DNA of 64,000 nucleotides from Clostridia bacterium (GTDB lineage Bacteria > Bacillota > Clostridia > Acetivibrionales > JAFADI01), in the NCBI GenBank assembly GCA_026417615.1, contig JAOACY010000120.1, forward strand, positions 24,709-88,708, given 5' to 3'. Each line of letters begins with the position of its first letter. The first letter of the stretch is position 1. Positions 19,071 to 29,716 of the stretch are shown one piece after another. The notes below the pieces were generated by a model that was not told the origin of the DNA, did no database searches, and worked only from the letters and a program-made list of their open reading frames with translations. Position numbers and translations under genes: made by a program.

Positions 19071-20186
19071 ATGAGTGCTGATTTAATTCATGCGTTGGAA
19101 CAATTAGAAAAAGAGAAGGGAATAGATAAGGAAACTTTAATAGAGGCCATTGAAGCAGCTTTGATTTCTGCCTACAAAAGGAATTTCGGCATAGCGCAGA
19201 ATGTAAGGGTATATATCGACCGTAATTCAGGGGATGTAAGGGTTTATGCAGTAAAAAGGGCAACATCCTCACCCAAGAATGATTTGCTTGAAATATCTAT
19301 TGATGAAGCAAGAAAAATAAACCGCAATGTGGAAGAGGACGATACAGTTGAGATAGAGGTTACTCCAAAGAAGTTCGGAAGAATTGCGGCCCAGACCGCA
19401 AAGCAGGTGGTTGTCCAGAGGATAAGGGAAGCAGAGAGAGGCATCATTTTTCATGAGTTCTCAAACAAGGAAGGGGATATAGTTACAGGTGTTATCCAAA
19501 GAATTGAGAGAAAGAACATAATAATCGACCTAGGCAAAACAGAGGCTGTTCTGCCTTACTCAGAACAGACTCCGGGTGAGGAGTACAGGTTCAATGAAAG
19601 AATAAAGTGCTATATTATTGAAGTAAAAAAAACCACAAAAGGCCCCCAGATTATGCTTTCCAGAACCCATCCGGGGCTTGTCAAGAGGCTTTTTGAGCTG
19701 GAGGTGCCGGAAATACATGACGGTACCGTAGAAATAAAGAGTATTGCCAGAGAGCCGGGCTCAAGAACAAAAATTGCGGTTTACGCGAAGGATGAGAATG
19801 TTGATCCTGTTGGCTCGTGTGTAGGGCAAAAGGGTACAAGGGTGCAGGCTGTAGTTGATGAACTAAGGGGAGAGAAAATAGATATAATAAAGTGGAGCAG
19901 TTCTCCTGAAGAATATATTTCGAGCAGCTTAAGCCCCGCAAAGGTTGTAAGGGTTGACGCCTCAGAGGATGAAAAAAGCGCAAGGGTTACAGTGCCTGAC
20001 TTTCAGCTGTCGCTTGCAATAGGGAAGGAAGGACAGAATGCAAGACTTGCTGCAAAGCTGACAGGCTGGAAGATAGACATCAAGAGCGAATCCCAGTTGA
20101 GGGCAGCCATTGAGCAGCAAATGTTCAATATCAATACCAATTATGATTATTCAGAGGAACACATGGCAGAAGATATTGAAGAATAG
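19071..20186 (+). CDS. nusA: Transcription termination/antitermination factor NusA
   Basis: N-terminal domain, S1 domain (GDIVTGVIQRIE) and two KH domains (GSRTKIAV..DPVGSCVG.KG.RV and LAIGKEGQNARLAAKLTGWKIDI) are present. Confidence 0.95.
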   Translation: MSADLIHALEQLEKEKGIDKETLIEAIEAALISAYKRNFGIAQNVRVYIDRNSGDVRVYAVKRATSSPKNDLLEISIDEARKINRNVEEDDTVEIEVTPKKFGRIAAQTAKQVVVQRIREAERGIIFHEFSNKEGDIVTGVIQRIERKNIIIDLGKTEAVLPYSEQTPGEEYRFNERIKCYIIEVKKTTKGPQIMLSRTHPGLVKRLFELEVPEIHDGTVEIKSIAREPGSRTKIAVYAKDENVDPVGSCVGQKGTRVQAVVDELRGEKIDIIKWSSSPEEYISSSLSPAKVVRVDASEDEKSARVTVPDFQLSLAIGKEGQNARLAAKLTGWKIDIKSESQLRAAIEQQMFNINTNYDYSEEHMAEDIEE

Positions 20187-20204
20187 TTTTAAATTCATTT
20201 GGAG

Positions 20205-20487
20205 GATGTCAGTGAAGCAAAGAAAAATTCCGTTGCGTATGTGCCTTGGCTGCCAGGAAATGAAGCCCAAGAAGGAGCTCATAAGAGTTGTCAAGGATAA
20301 GGAAAATAATATAAGCGTTGATTTTAAAGGGAAACAGCCAGGCAGAGGAGCTTACATCTGTAAGAGCGTGCAGTGCTTCGAAAAGGCAAGAAAGGCAAAG
20401 CGCCTTGAGAGAGCTTTTGAATCCCCAATCAGCGAGGAAATATACAATACCATGAGGCAGCAGCTGGAGGAAGATAATGACCAATAA
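20205..20487 (+). CDS. rnpM: YlxR/RnpM family RNA-binding protein (DUF448)
   Basis: RKIPLRMCLGCQEMKPKKELIRVV...GRGAYIC is the signature. The ATG follows GGAGG. Confidence 0.85.
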
Positions 20488-20827
20488 AATATATTCATTT
20501 CTGGGTCTGGCTTCAAAAGCCGGGAAGCTTGTTTCAGGCGACGAAACCTGCGAAAGGACAATTAAAGCCGGAAAAGCTTTGATGGTGATTGTTTCAATGG
20601 ACGCTTCTGACAATACAAAGAAGAAGTTTTATGACATGTGCAAGCACAGAGACATAGAGCTGAGGTTTTTTGGAGAAAAAGAGCTTATCGGGAGGTATAC
20701 TGGAAAAGAGATACGATCGGTAGTGTGTATTATAGATAATGGTTTTGCCGGACAGTTGGGCAAAATGCTGAACGATTTGAAATGTGAAAGCGGGGGTGAA
20801 TTTATTGTCAAAAGCAAGAATACATGA
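20477..20827 (+). CDS. L7Ae/YlxQ family ribosomal-protein-like RNA-binding protein
   Basis: [15 protein letters not shown].....IK.GKA.MVIVS.DAS.NT.KK is the signature. The gene sits in the conserved position between ylxR and infB. Confidence 0.8.
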   Translation: MTNKIYSFLGLASKAGKLVSGDETCERTIKAGKALMVIVSMDASDNTKKKFYDMCKHRDIELRFFGEKELIGRYTGKEIRSVVCIIDNGFAGQLGKMLNDLKCESGGEFIVKSKNT

Positions 20828-23800
20828 ACTTGCCAAGGAACTGAATACAACTAGCAAAAGATTAATGGAAAAGCTGGCTGAGATAAACATTGTTGTTAAA
20901 AATCATATGAGCCTTTTGGATGAGAATGAACTGGATGCTTTGTATAAGCACATAGGAATAATAAAGCATGACGATAAAGCACATGAAGGTGAGGAGAGGC
21001 GTCCAATGCCACCTCCACCCAAAGTGGAAGCAAAAAAGGACGCAAAGAATGCTCCTAGAATAATCCGAAAGACCGAGGTGATTATTGATTCGAGCAATGA
21101 GTCGGGTGATTTGAGAAATTCCGGCAGGGCTGACGGTCAGAGAAATGACACAAGACCTGACAGCAAAAATCAACAAAAGCAAAGCTATATAAGACCTGCC
21201 ACTTCGACCTCCGGCCTAAGGCCAGGGTACGTAAGGGATACAGGACCGCAGGTGAGAAAAGATGTTAAAAACACACCAAGAACCGCAGAAATTAATGTAC
21301 CAGCAAAAGAACATACAAAAGAGCAAATAAAAGAGCAAATAAAAGAGCAAATAAAAGAGCCTGTTAAGGAGCCTGTAAAAGTGAATTCAATGCAAGAACA
21401 CAAACCGGTTGTTCAAAAAGATGAAGTCAAGCATTCTGTGGCAGATTTAGCGAAGGAAGCTGTAAAAAATGCTGAGACTAGAATGGAGCAAGGAGAAGCC
21501 GAAAATGCAGTTAAGGCTGTTCACGAACCTAAAAATGAAGCTCCAAGCCGGAACGAGGAAAAAAAACCTGAAGAAAAAGCTCCTGAGAAAAATACAGCAG
21601 CAGTTGAAAGTTCAAAGGCACAAGCTCAAGTTACAATAAATGCAACAGGAGACAAATCGCAAGACAACAGACCGTATGGAGACAAGCCGCAGGGAGACAG
21701 ACCGCAGGGCAACCGGCCCTATGGAGACAGGCCGCAGGGAGACAGACCGCAGGGCAACCGGCCCTATGGAGACAGGCCGCAGGGAGACAGACCGCAGGGC
21801 AACCGACCCTATGGAGACAGGCCGCAGGGAGACAGACCGCAGGGCAACCGTCCATACGGTGACCGTCCGCAAGGAGACAGGCCGCAGGGCAATCGACCCT
21901 ATGGAGACAGGCCGCAGGGCAACCGTCCATACGGTGACCGTCCGAAGGGTGGTTTCCGCCAGCCTGTGAGGCCGCTTGAAATCCCCAAGCCGGAATATAC
22001 GGCAGCCCAAAAGGAAGAACTTAACAATCAGCGGGCGGAAGTAAGGCGTGAGTTCCAGAACAAGGATTTGGACAAAGATATAAAGAGAGAGCAAAAAAAG
22101 GATGCCACAAAGACAGCATCCTCAGCAAAACAGAAGAAATTCAAGCCTCAGACTGTGGTATTAAGTGAGAAGAAGGGCGTTTCGGAGGTTCTCAGTGAAG
22201 ACTTTATACTTGATGAGTTCTACAATGATGATGGCGTCAAGGTTAAAAAGTCCAAGCAGAAGAAGGGTTCTGAGAATAAGCATATACCTCCCAAGGCTGT
22301 ACTTACATCAATAACCATACCTGAAAGCATTACAGTCAAAGACCTTGCCGAGTCACTGAAAAAGACTTCGACGGATGTGATTAAAAAGCTTATGAGTATG
22401 GGAATGATGGCTACCTTAAATCAGGAAATTGATTTTGATACTGCTGCAATTATTTCAGATGAATTTGGTGTTAAGGCTGAAAAACAAGTGGTTGTTAACG
22501 AAGAAGATATACTTTTTGACGATACGGAAGATGAAGAAGGCCTGACGGAGCCAAGACCACCCGTAGTAGTTGTAATGGGTCATGTTGACCATGGCAAGAC
22601 ATCACTGCTTGACGCCATAAGGGAAACGAATGTCATAGACACAGAAGCCGGCGGCATAACACAGCATATAGGTGCTTATACTGTTAAGGTTAACGACAGG
22701 AATATTACCTTCCTGGATACGCCTGGTCATGAGGCTTTTACAGCTATGAGAGCCAGAGGAGCACAGGTTACGGACATAGCCATACTGGTTGTTGCGGCTG
22801 ATGACGGTGTTATGCCTCAGACTATTGAAGCAATTAACCATGCCAAAGCTGCCAATGTTTCAATCATTGTGGCTATTAACAAGATAGATAAGCCTGGTGC
22901 AAATCCTGACAGGGTAAAACAGGAACTGACCGAATACGGCATAGTTGCGGAAGAATGGGGCGGAGACGCCATAATGGTGCCTGTGTCAGCAAAAAAACGC
23001 GAGAATATTGATCAACTGCTTGAAATGATATTGCTTGCAGCCGATATGCTGGAGCTTAAAGCAAACCCCAACAGGCAGGCGAAGGGAACTGTCATAGAAG
23101 CGCAGCTTGACAAGTCCAGAGGTCCTATTGCAACGGTTCTGGTTCAAAGAGGCACCCTCAATATCGGAGATTCAATTGTTACCGGAACTACTGTTGGAAG
23201 AATAAGAGCCATGGTAGATGATAAGGGCCATAAGGTGAAGTCCGCGGGGCCTTCGATACCTGTTGAAATCCTTGGACTTCCTGATGTCCCCGAGGCAGGA
23301 GAAATTTTCTACGCAATTAAGGACGAGAAGGTTGCAAGGCAGCTTGCTGAAAAGAGAAAGCTCAAGCTTAAGGAGCAGCAGCAGCAGAAGGCTACGGCAA
23401 AGGTTTCACTCGATGACCTCTTCAACCAGATCAAGGAAGGAAAGGTCAAGGAGCTTAACATAATTGTGAAAGCTGACGTTCAAGGCTCCGTGGAGGCTGT
23501 GAAGCAGTCGCTGGAAAAACTCAGCAATGATGAAGTAAGGGTTCGCATCATTCATGGCGGAGTCGGGGCGATAACTGAATCCGATGTTACACTGGCTGGT
23601 GTTGCGAATGCGATAATAATTGGCTTTAATGTAAGACCGGGCAGCAATGTTGCAGAAGCTGCCCAGGCGGCTGGAGTTGATATAAGACTGTACAGGGTTA
23701 TATATAATGCTATTGAGGATATTCAGTCAGCAATGAAGGGTATGCTGGAACCGACATATAAAGAGGTTGTGCTTGGACATGCTGAAGTAAGGCAAATCTT

Positions 23801-24053
23801 CAAGGTTTCAGGAGTAGGTACAATAGGCGGCTGCTATGTAACGGATGGAAAGATCGTAAGAAATGCTGAGGTTAGAATTGTGAGAAACGGCATTGTAGTG
23901 CACGAAGGCAAGCTTGACTCATTAAAGAGGTTCAAGGATGACGTGAAGGAAGTTGTTCAAGGCTATGAATGCGGTTTGTCAATAGAAAAATTCAATGATA
24001 TTAAGGAAGGCGATGTCATAGAGGCCTTTATAATGGAAGAAGTGGCAAGGTAA
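20805..24053 (+). CDS. infB: Translation initiation factor IF-2
   Basis: The N-terminus is [12 protein letters not shown]. The G-domain has [25 protein letters not shown] and NKIDK. The C-terminal domains are conserved. TTG 20805 after GGGGGTGA is preferred over the upstream ATG at 20784, but the start is uncertain. Confidence 0.93.
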   Translation: MSKARIHELAKELNTTSKRLMEKLAEINIVVKNHMSLLDENELDALYKHIGIIKHDDKAHEGEERRPMPPPPKVEAKKDAKNAPRIIRKTEVIIDSSNESGDLRNSGRADGQRNDTRPDSKNQQKQSYIRPATSTSGLRPGYVRDTGPQVRKDVKNTPRTAEINVPAKEHTKEQIKEQIKEQIKEPVKEPVKVNSMQEHKPVVQKDEVKHSVADLAKEAVKNAETRMEQGEAENAVKAVHEPKNEAPSRNEEKKPEEKAPEKNTAAVESSKAQAQVTINATGDKSQDNRPYGDKPQGDRPQGNRPYGDRPQGDRPQGNRPYGDRPQGDRPQGNRPYGDRPQGDRPQGNRPYGDRPQGDRPQGNRPYGDRPQGNRPYGDRPKGGFRQPVRPLEIPKPEYTAAQKEELNNQRAEVRREFQNKDLDKDIKREQKKDATKTASSAKQKKFKPQTVVLSEKKGVSEVLSEDFILDEFYNDDGVKVKKSKQKKGSENKHIPPKAVLTSITIPESITVKDLAESLKKTSTDVIKKLMSMGMMATLNQEIDFDTAAIISDEFGVKAEKQVVVNEEDILFDDTEDEEGLTEPRPPVVVVMGHVDHGKTSLLDAIRETNVIDTEAGGITQHIGAYTVKVNDRNITFLDTPGHEAFTAMRARGAQVTDIAILVVAADDGVMPQTIEAINHAKAANVSIIVAINKIDKPGANPDRVKQELTEYGIVAEEWGGDAIMVPVSAKKRENIDQLLEMILLAADMLELKANPNRQAKGTVIEAQLDKSRGPIATVLVQRGTLNIGDSIVTGTTVGRIRAMVDDKGHKVKSAGPSIPVEILGLPDVPEAGEIFYAIKDEKVARQLAEKRKLKLKEQQQQKATAKVSLDDLFNQIKEGKVKELNIIVKADVQGSVEAVKQSLEKLSNDEVRVRIIHGGVGAITESDVTLAGVANAIIIGFNVRPGSNVAEAAQAAGVDIRLYRVIYNAIEDIQSAMKGMLEPTYKEVVLGHAEVRQIFKVSGVGTIGGCYVTDGKIVRNAEVRIVRNGIVVHEGKLDSLKRFKDDVKEVVQGYECGLSIEKFNDIKEGDVIEAFIMEEVAR
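21660..21945 (+). repeat. In-frame 45-bp tandem repeat array inside infB ([15 protein letters not shown] units)
   Basis: The units at 21690-21734, 21735-21779 and 21780-21824 are nearly identical at DNA level. The units at 21825-21869 and 21870-21914 are diverged, with partial units at both ends. Confidence 0.9.
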
Positions 24054-24056
24054 GAC

Positions 24057-24086
24057 AGGGTTGGGGGTCTCCCAACCCTATATTTT
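24057..24086 (+). terminator. Hairpin between infB and rbfA (weak terminator/attenuator)
   Basis: AGGGTTGGG (24057-24065) pairs with CCCAACCCT (24071-24079), followed by ATATTTT. Confidence 0.35.
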
Positions 24087-24111
24087 AAACCATATTTGAG
24101 GAGATGTTATT

Positions 24112-24480
24112 ATGGTTGATAGAATAGCAAGGATTTCCGAAGAGGTTAAAAGAGAACTCAGTGAAATAATCCGCAGCGGTATAAAAGATCCCAGGCTTCC
24201 TGGAATGGTAAGCGTGACGGGAGTAAATGTCACCAAGGATTTAAGGTATGCAAAGGTATATATAAGCGTATTGGGCACACAAGAGGACAAAAAGAACGCA
24301 CTAAGCGCTTTGAAAAGTGCTGCTGGCTTTATAAGACGCGAAGTCGGACACCGTATCCAGTTAAGGTACACGCCGGAAATGCAGTTTGAGCTTGATAACT
24401 CCATAGAACATGGCATATATATGTCCAAGCTGATAAATGAAACGGTAAAAAATGATGAGCATAAGCAGGAGCTTGAATAA
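24112..24480 (+). CDS. rbfA: Ribosome-binding factor A
   Basis: RIARISEEVKRELSEII...KDPRL..MVSVTGV.VT.DL..AKVY is the RbfA signature. Confidence 0.93.
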   Translation: MVDRIARISEEVKRELSEIIRSGIKDPRLPGMVSVTGVNVTKDLRYAKVYISVLGTQEDKKNALSALKSAAGFIRREVGHRIQLRYTPEMQFELDNSIEHGIYMSKLINETVKNDEHKQELE

Positions 24481-25436
24481 TGGTACTTAAGGAAATCATA
24501 AATTGTATCAAAGACGCAGAAAGCATAGCTATAATGCCTCATGTTTCCGTGGACGGGGATGGCCTCGGCTCCAGCCTTGCGCTTGCCAGCGCCCTGGACG
24601 GCATGGGGAAAAAGGCTGTTGTAATACTTGAGGAGCAAGTTCCCAATACTTACAGCTTTTTGCCTGGTGCGGATCGGTGTATTGTTTTCAGTGAAAAAAT
24701 CGAAAGCTTTGATTTATTTATAGCTCTGGATACGGGTGATGTTCAAAGATTGGGCAGGAGAGCGGAGCTTTTCCTGAGCGCTGAAAAAACTGTCAATATA
24801 GATCACCATCAAACAAACACGGAGTTTGCGGTATACAACTATGTTGACGGCAGCTCCGCTGCTGTCGGGGAAATAATATACAGACTGATAGGTATGATGG
24901 GGTGCGGGATTGATGCCGCCGTGGCTACTTGCCTTTATGTTGCCATTGCAGCTGATACCGGAGGTTTCAGGTATAGCAATACCACCGCATTAACCCATCA
25001 GATTGCAGGGGATTTATTAAATTCAGGGGTTGATGCCGCAGATGTTTCCCAGCGAATATTTGAAACTGTGTCTCTTGCAAGGGTTAAACTGATGAGTGCG
25101 GCAATTGGCACCATAGAATTATTTGATAACGGCAGAATCTCCTGCGTGACGGTTACGGATGAAATGCTGAAGAATTGCGGCGCCACTGAGGAAGACAATG
25201 AGGGTATTGTAAACATTGCAAGAAATATAAAAGGCGTTGAAGCAGCTTTTTTATTAAGGTCAAAGGATAGCGGGGAGGTTAAAATCAACCTGAGATCCAA
25301 CGGACATGCAGATGTTTCAAAAATAGCGGCAAAGCACGGCGGAGGCGGGCATAAGAAGGCTGCCGGCTTTACTGTAAGCGGTGATGCGGAAGATTTAAAA
25401 AAAATGCTAATAAAAGAGTTGAAGGAAAGCTTATGA
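24480..25436 (+). CDS. nrnA: DHH/DHHA1 phosphoesterase (NrnA-like oligoribonuclease / pAp phosphatase)
   Basis: H.S.DGDGLGS, NIDHHQTN and the DHHA1 motif HGGGGHKKAAG are present. Confidence 0.85.
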   Translation: MVLKEIINCIKDAESIAIMPHVSVDGDGLGSSLALASALDGMGKKAVVILEEQVPNTYSFLPGADRCIVFSEKIESFDLFIALDTGDVQRLGRRAELFLSAEKTVNIDHHQTNTEFAVYNYVDGSSAAVGEIIYRLIGMMGCGIDAAVATCLYVAIAADTGGFRYSNTTALTHQIAGDLLNSGVDAADVSQRIFETVSLARVKLMSAAIGTIELFDNGRISCVTVTDEMLKNCGATEEDNEGIVNIARNIKGVEAAFLLRSKDSGEVKINLRSNGHADVSKIAAKHGGGGHKKAAGFTVSGDAEDLKKMLIKELKESL

Positions 25437-26350
25437 CGAATCCGGAGCCAAGCGGTATTCTAAATATATTGAAGCCCCCGGGCATGACTTCCTTTGATGT
25501 GATAGGCTACCTGAGAAGGCTTTTAAAAACAAAGAAAATAGGACATGCCGGAACCCTTGACCCTGCAGCTGTGGGAGTTCTTCCTGTATTCCTCGGACAA
25601 GCTACCAAAGCCATAGAGTTTATGATGGAAAAGGATAAGGTCTATAGGGCGGAGCTTACACTGGGGATATCAACTGACACGCAGGACAATACGGGCAGGG
25701 TTGTTTCCGAACGAAAGGTTAATGTAACGGAAGATGAGCTTTGTAAGGCGTTCAAATCCTTTTTGGGTGAGCAGGAGCAGTTGCCTCCGATGTATTCGGC
25801 AGTAAGGGTTGACGGGAAAAAGCTGTATGAATTGGCCAGGGAAGGTAAAATAATTGACCGCAAATCAAGATGCGTAAGGATATATTCTATAAATATTGTC
25901 CATGTCATAAGGTCGGAGGACAAGATAAAAAAAGTCATATTTGATGTACACTGCTCCAAGGGCACTTATATAAGGACGTTGTGCCATGACTTGGGAGAAA
26001 AGCTGGGCTGCGGAGGCCATATGTCATTTTTGATCAGGCTGAAAGCCGGTGAGTATGATATAGCTGACGCTTTAACGATTGAAAATATTGAAAAGCTGAC
26101 TGAAAGCGGCTTGATAAGAGAAAAATTGCTGTCACCGGAGAGCGCTTTCAGCAATCTGGCAGGAATAAAACTAAATGATTATGAGGTCAAACGCTTTTTA
26201 AACGGCGTTATGATTGAAGCGGATAAAGCTTTATACAAGCACGGAGAGCTGCTGAGAGTATATGACAGCAATGGGTTATTCATTGCTGTTGCGCAAGTAA
26301 ACCTATGCCGCAACAGCGTAATGCTTAAATCCAGAAAACTTTTCTTATAA
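25433..26350 (+). CDS. truB: tRNA pseudouridine-55 synthase
   Basis: G.LN..KP.GMTSFDV and the catalytic GHAGTLDP motif are present. PPMYSAV.V.GK.LYE is also present. Confidence 0.95.
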   Translation: MTNPEPSGILNILKPPGMTSFDVIGYLRRLLKTKKIGHAGTLDPAAVGVLPVFLGQATKAIEFMMEKDKVYRAELTLGISTDTQDNTGRVVSERKVNVTEDELCKAFKSFLGEQEQLPPMYSAVRVDGKKLYELAREGKIIDRKSRCVRIYSINIVHVIRSEDKIKKVIFDVHCSKGTYIRTLCHDLGEKLGCGGHMSFLIRLKAGEYDIADALTIENIEKLTESGLIREKLLSPESAFSNLAGIKLNDYEVKRFLNGVMIEADKALYKHGELLRVYDSNGLFIAVAQVNLCRNSVMLKSRKLFL

Positions 26351-26366
26351 AAATTGGGTGACATAT

Positions 26367-27305
26367 ATGGAAGTTATTTACGGGGTTAAAAATGATAAAC
26401 AGATTCAAGGCTATACCGGTGTCGGACTTGGGAATTTTGACGGTCTGCATATAGGCCACATGTCTCTTATAAACATTCTTATCAGGGAATCAAAGCTTAA
26501 TGGCTTTAAAAGCGTTGTATATACTTTTACCAAGCATCCTGAAAATATTTTGAGGAAGAAGCTGTTTACTCCTTTGTTAACCAAAGAAAGCAAGAAAATT
26601 GAACTTCTCGGAGAGACTGCCTTGAACTATCTATATTTTGACGAATTTGACGAAGGCTACTCAAGGAAGACACCTGAGAGCTTCGTAAAAAGCATTCTGG
26701 TTGAAAAGCTGAAAGCAAAAATCGTTGTGGCAGGCTTTGACTACAGATTCGGATATAAGGGTCAGGGGGATGCGGCTTTATTAAAGGAGTTTGGAAAGAA
26801 ATACAAATTTCATGTGATAATTATACCTCCAATTAAGATTGGCGATGAAATTGTCAGCAGCACCAAAATCCGCCAAAATATTGCCCAGGGCTGCATGGAT
26901 GAGGTTTTTAAGCTCCTTGGCAGGCATTATTCCATAACCGCAGAGGTAATCAGCGGAAGGAGAGTCGGGAACACAATCGGCTTTCCCACAGCCAATATCA
27001 GTCCCGAAGGATATCTGATTCTTCCTCAAAATGGTGTTTATATTACGAAAACTCTCCTTAACGGAGAACTTTATGAAAGTATAACCAATATTGGCTACAA
27101 CCCTACCTTTGAGGAGGAAAAAAGGCTTACGGTAGAGACTCACATCATTGATTTCGAAAGAAATATTTACGGAGAAAAGATCGAGGTCTTTTTTCTTCAG
27201 AAAATACGTGACGAAGTAAAATATAATTCAATAGAAGAGCTTAAGGAACAAATCAAAAGGGATATGAAAAAGGCTCGTGATTATTTCAGCTTTTACGGCA
27301 ACTGA
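26367..27305 (+). CDS. ribF: Bifunctional riboflavin kinase / FAD synthetase
   Basis: GNFDGLHIGH is present. The C-terminal kinase motifs are GFPTANI, YGE.IEV.F and IR.E.KY.S.EELK. Confidence 0.93.
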   Translation: MEVIYGVKNDKQIQGYTGVGLGNFDGLHIGHMSLINILIRESKLNGFKSVVYTFTKHPENILRKKLFTPLLTKESKKIELLGETALNYLYFDEFDEGYSRKTPESFVKSILVEKLKAKIVVAGFDYRFGYKGQGDAALLKEFGKKYKFHVIIIPPIKIGDEIVSSTKIRQNIAQGCMDEVFKLLGRHYSITAEVISGRRVGNTIGFPTANISPEGYLILPQNGVYITKTLLNGELYESITNIGYNPTFEEEKRLTVETHIIDFERNIYGEKIEVFFLQKIRDEVKYNSIEELKEQIKRDMKKARDYFSFYGN

Positions 27306-27351
27306 AATACTTAGACAAGCGGGTTTAACCCTCTTGCCCAAGTACTAATCT

Positions 27352-27438
27352 GATTCTACCGCAAGAACAGCTTTTCTTGGGACAAGATGAATAAATCACT
27401 CGACGAAGTTTCAGAAAATGGGTTTTTGCGATAGAATC
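27352..27438 (+). mobile_element. 87-bp internal-deletion derivative of the repeat family (copy C)
   Basis: Both terminal repeats are kept (GATTCTACCGCAAGAAC and TTTTTGCGATAGAATC), along with the left and right subterminal modules. The roughly 116-bp centre is missing, and the junction falls at a CGAAGTT motif that is directly repeated in copy A. Confidence 0.7.
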
Positions 27439-27442
27439 AAAT

Positions 27443-28078
27443 TTATATTCTTGCGTCCCTTAGCCTTAATATTGCGGATCTTATGCCGGAAATTGCAAGA
27501 ACCCCCAGGCATATTAGCATATCAGGCAAAATATATGATGAGTTGTAGACCAGTGAATAAATAAAAACATTTTGTCCCTGGGCATATTCACCGAAGAAAA
27601 GCACTCCCGACAAAAAGTGTATCAGCAGCCTGCCAAAGGCACCAACCACAGCTCCTGCAAACAGGTTGGTCCTGAACAATCCCGCAAGTCCGAGAAGGGA
27701 AAAGGCTATCGGGTAATCCAGAAGAAACTGCGCGGGGTGAACAAAAAACGGCTCCTGTATGAACTGAAGCATCCCGTAGCAAAGACCTGCAGCCATCCCT
27801 GCTTTAGGGCCGGCTATATAAGCGAAGATAAACAGCGGGAGCATGCTTGCAGCAGTTATGCTGCCTCCATTGGGGAATTGAAGTATTTTTACATAGGACA
27901 GCACAAAAGCAACGGACATGGACATTGCTGCATATGACAAAATTCTTGTGTTAAATGTGTTTTTCCTGCTGATCAATAACAGAATTACTGCCAGCGCAAC
28001 AAGGGCAAAAAGTGAAATTAGCGGTTTTGGCTGCAAAAGCTCCAGGATTTTTTCCTGAAAAGTTATTTTAAACATCAA
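27443..28078 (-). CDS. ECF-transporter S component, ThiT-like
   Basis: 211 aa with six TM segments. NGGSIT, LLDYPIAF..LGLAGLF and C-terminal features resemble ThiT (YuaJ). I see no TPP riboswitch upstream. Confidence 0.5.
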   Translation of the reverse strand: MMFKITFQEKILELLQPKPLISLFALVALAVILLLISRKNTFNTRILSYAAMSMSVAFVLSYVKILQFPNGGSITAASMLPLFIFAYIAGPKAGMAAGLCYGMLQFIQEPFFVHPAQFLLDYPIAFSLLGLAGLFRTNLFAGAVVGAFGRLLIHFLSGVLFFGEYAQGQNVFIYSLVYNSSYILPDMLICLGVLAISGIRSAILRLRDARI

Positions 28079-28223
28079 AACACTCCTTTTAATTTTTGAT
28101 ATAATTGATTATAGCATGAAAAAAATATTTATCAAAAGTAAAAACTATTTTTTAACAATTTCGTATAATTATATGTTGTATAATAATTGATATTAAGGCT
28201 AAAAAGAAAGGCAAGTGACTTAT

Positions 28224-28961
28224 ATGATTATCAGTATCAAGGATTTGGGTAAAATTTACCGCAATGGAAGCATTGAGGTGGAGGCCTTGAGGAATGTCAA
28301 CCTTTCTATCTCAAAAGGTGAGTTTGTCTCCATCATGGGTCCCTCCGGTTCGGGAAAATCTACCCTGATGAACATAATAGGATGCCTTGACAGAGCAACA
28401 TCAGGTTATTATGAGCTTGACGGAGTACCCATTTCGTCTTTGAATGACAGGGAACTGGCAAGGATAAGGAATCTTAAAATCGGGTTTGTTTTCCAGTCGT
28501 TCAATCTGCTGCCAAGGATGAACGCCCTTAGCAATGTTGAACTGCCTATGGTCTATGCAGGGGCAAACACAAAGCTGCGAAGAAGGAGGGCGATTGAAGC
28601 TCTTGAAAGAGTCGGCCTGGGAGATAGGATGCACCATAAGCCAAACGAGTTATCCGGGGGACAGAAGCAAAGGGTTGCCATTGCCAGGGCATTGGTAAAC
28701 AATCCGGCTATTATTCTTGCGGATGAGCCAACAGGCAATTTAGACAGTGCTTCAGGGGAAGACATAATGGCTGTTTTCCAGGAATTGAACAGGGAGGGGG
28801 TAACAATAATTATGGTTACCCATGAGCCTGATATCGGAGAGCATACCAAGAGGATTGTAAGCTTCAGGGACGGCAGGCTGATAAAGGACGTCCCGGTGCA
28901 CAACCCCATTGATGCCAGGAAGGCGATTCAGGCCAGAAGAATTGAAGGAATGATAGGTTAA
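28224..28961 (+). CDS. MacB/LolD-type ABC transporter ATP-binding protein (YknY-like)
   Basis: [35 protein letters not shown] and VTHE motifs are present. Confidence 0.9.
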   Translation: MIISIKDLGKIYRNGSIEVEALRNVNLSISKGEFVSIMGPSGSGKSTLMNIIGCLDRATSGYYELDGVPISSLNDRELARIRNLKIGFVFQSFNLLPRMNALSNVELPMVYAGANTKLRRRRAIEALERVGLGDRMHHKPNELSGGQKQRVAIARALVNNPAIILADEPTGNLDSASGEDIMAVFQELNREGVTIIMVTHEPDIGEHTKRIVSFRDGRLIKDVPVHNPIDARKAIQARRIEGMIG

Positions 28962-28984
28962 ATCAATAATTAGGAGGTATGGTT

Positions 28985-29698
28985 ATGGAAATTATCAATC
29001 TTAATACTAACAATGAGGCCCCTGAGGTTGGAAAGCTGAATGTGTTTCAAAAAATAGCAGGAGTAGTTGTGAGCCCTTCGGAGACAATGAAAGCAATTGC
29101 GGCAAAGCCCACAGTTATCGTGCCAATTATAATGTTTTTGCTTATGCCGCTGGCTCTCTACATTTTAAGGTACGATTTGTATGAAGAGTTTATGAGAAAC
29201 ATAACCCAGATGTCTCTGGAAAACAGCAGCGCAAATATGACACCTGAACAAATTGCAGCAGCCGTTGATATGAGCGTAAAAATAGGCATATTCTCTACTC
29301 CTTTGAGCATGATGCTAAACTGGCTGATCGGTACCGCAATTCTTTTCGGAATTATGAAAATTTTCAAGGGAGAGGGCAATTTCAAGCAATACCTCAGCGT
29401 AACAGGGTATGCTTATGTAATAATGGTTGTATATTATTTGTTATGCATTCCTGTTTCTTATATGACAGGAACGCTAATGCTCAATTCCTCTTTAGCATTA
29501 ATTGTTCCTCATATGAAGGAAAGTCTATTGTATGGTATTCTTAGGGGACTTGACTTTTTCAGCTTGTGGTATTTTCTTGTAATAGGAATTGGCGCAGCAG
29601 CTGTAAGCAAGGTCAGCAAGGCAAAGGTATACACTGTGGTTGGGATAATTTTTATTGTATCAATAGCCATGGCAATAAACACTCTCAAATTTATGTAG
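28985..29698 (+). CDS. Yip1-domain integral membrane protein (YknW-like)
   Basis: About 237 aa with five TM segments. It has the typical N-terminal VFQKI..V..SP.ETMK motif and lies inside the exporter operon. Confidence 0.65.
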   Translation: MEIINLNTNNEAPEVGKLNVFQKIAGVVVSPSETMKAIAAKPTVIVPIIMFLLMPLALYILRYDLYEEFMRNITQMSLENSSANMTPEQIAAAVDMSVKIGIFSTPLSMMLNWLIGTAILFGIMKIFKGEGNFKQYLSVTGYAYVIMVVYYLLCIPVSYMTGTLMLNSSLALIVPHMKESLLYGILRGLDFFSLWYFLVIGIGAAAVSKVSKAKVYTVVGIIFIVSIAMAINTLKFM

Positions 29699-29716
29699 CT
29701 GAACCTGGAGGAAAAT

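Noticed and set aside
21612-22094. Three overlapping ORFs of 99-160 aa on both strands inside infB (21612-22094 minus, 21631-21930 minus, 21640-21969 plus).
   Set aside because: They are artefacts of the 45-bp tandem repeat, which is open in several frames. The IF-2 frame is continuous and has conserved flanks.
27346-27444. Target-site duplications flanking the truncated repeat copies C and D.
   Set aside because: The flanks are TAATCT versus AAATTT for copy C and AATATT versus ATAATA for copy D, so no convincing duplication is present. Only the two full-length copies show perfect 6-bp duplications.
28079-28214. A TPP riboswitch was expected upstream of the ThiT-like gene.
   Set aside because: The 136-bp upstream region is AT-rich. 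I can find no CTGAGA/ACCTGA-type conserved core or stable multi-stem structure. The ThiT assignment itself has only moderate confidence.
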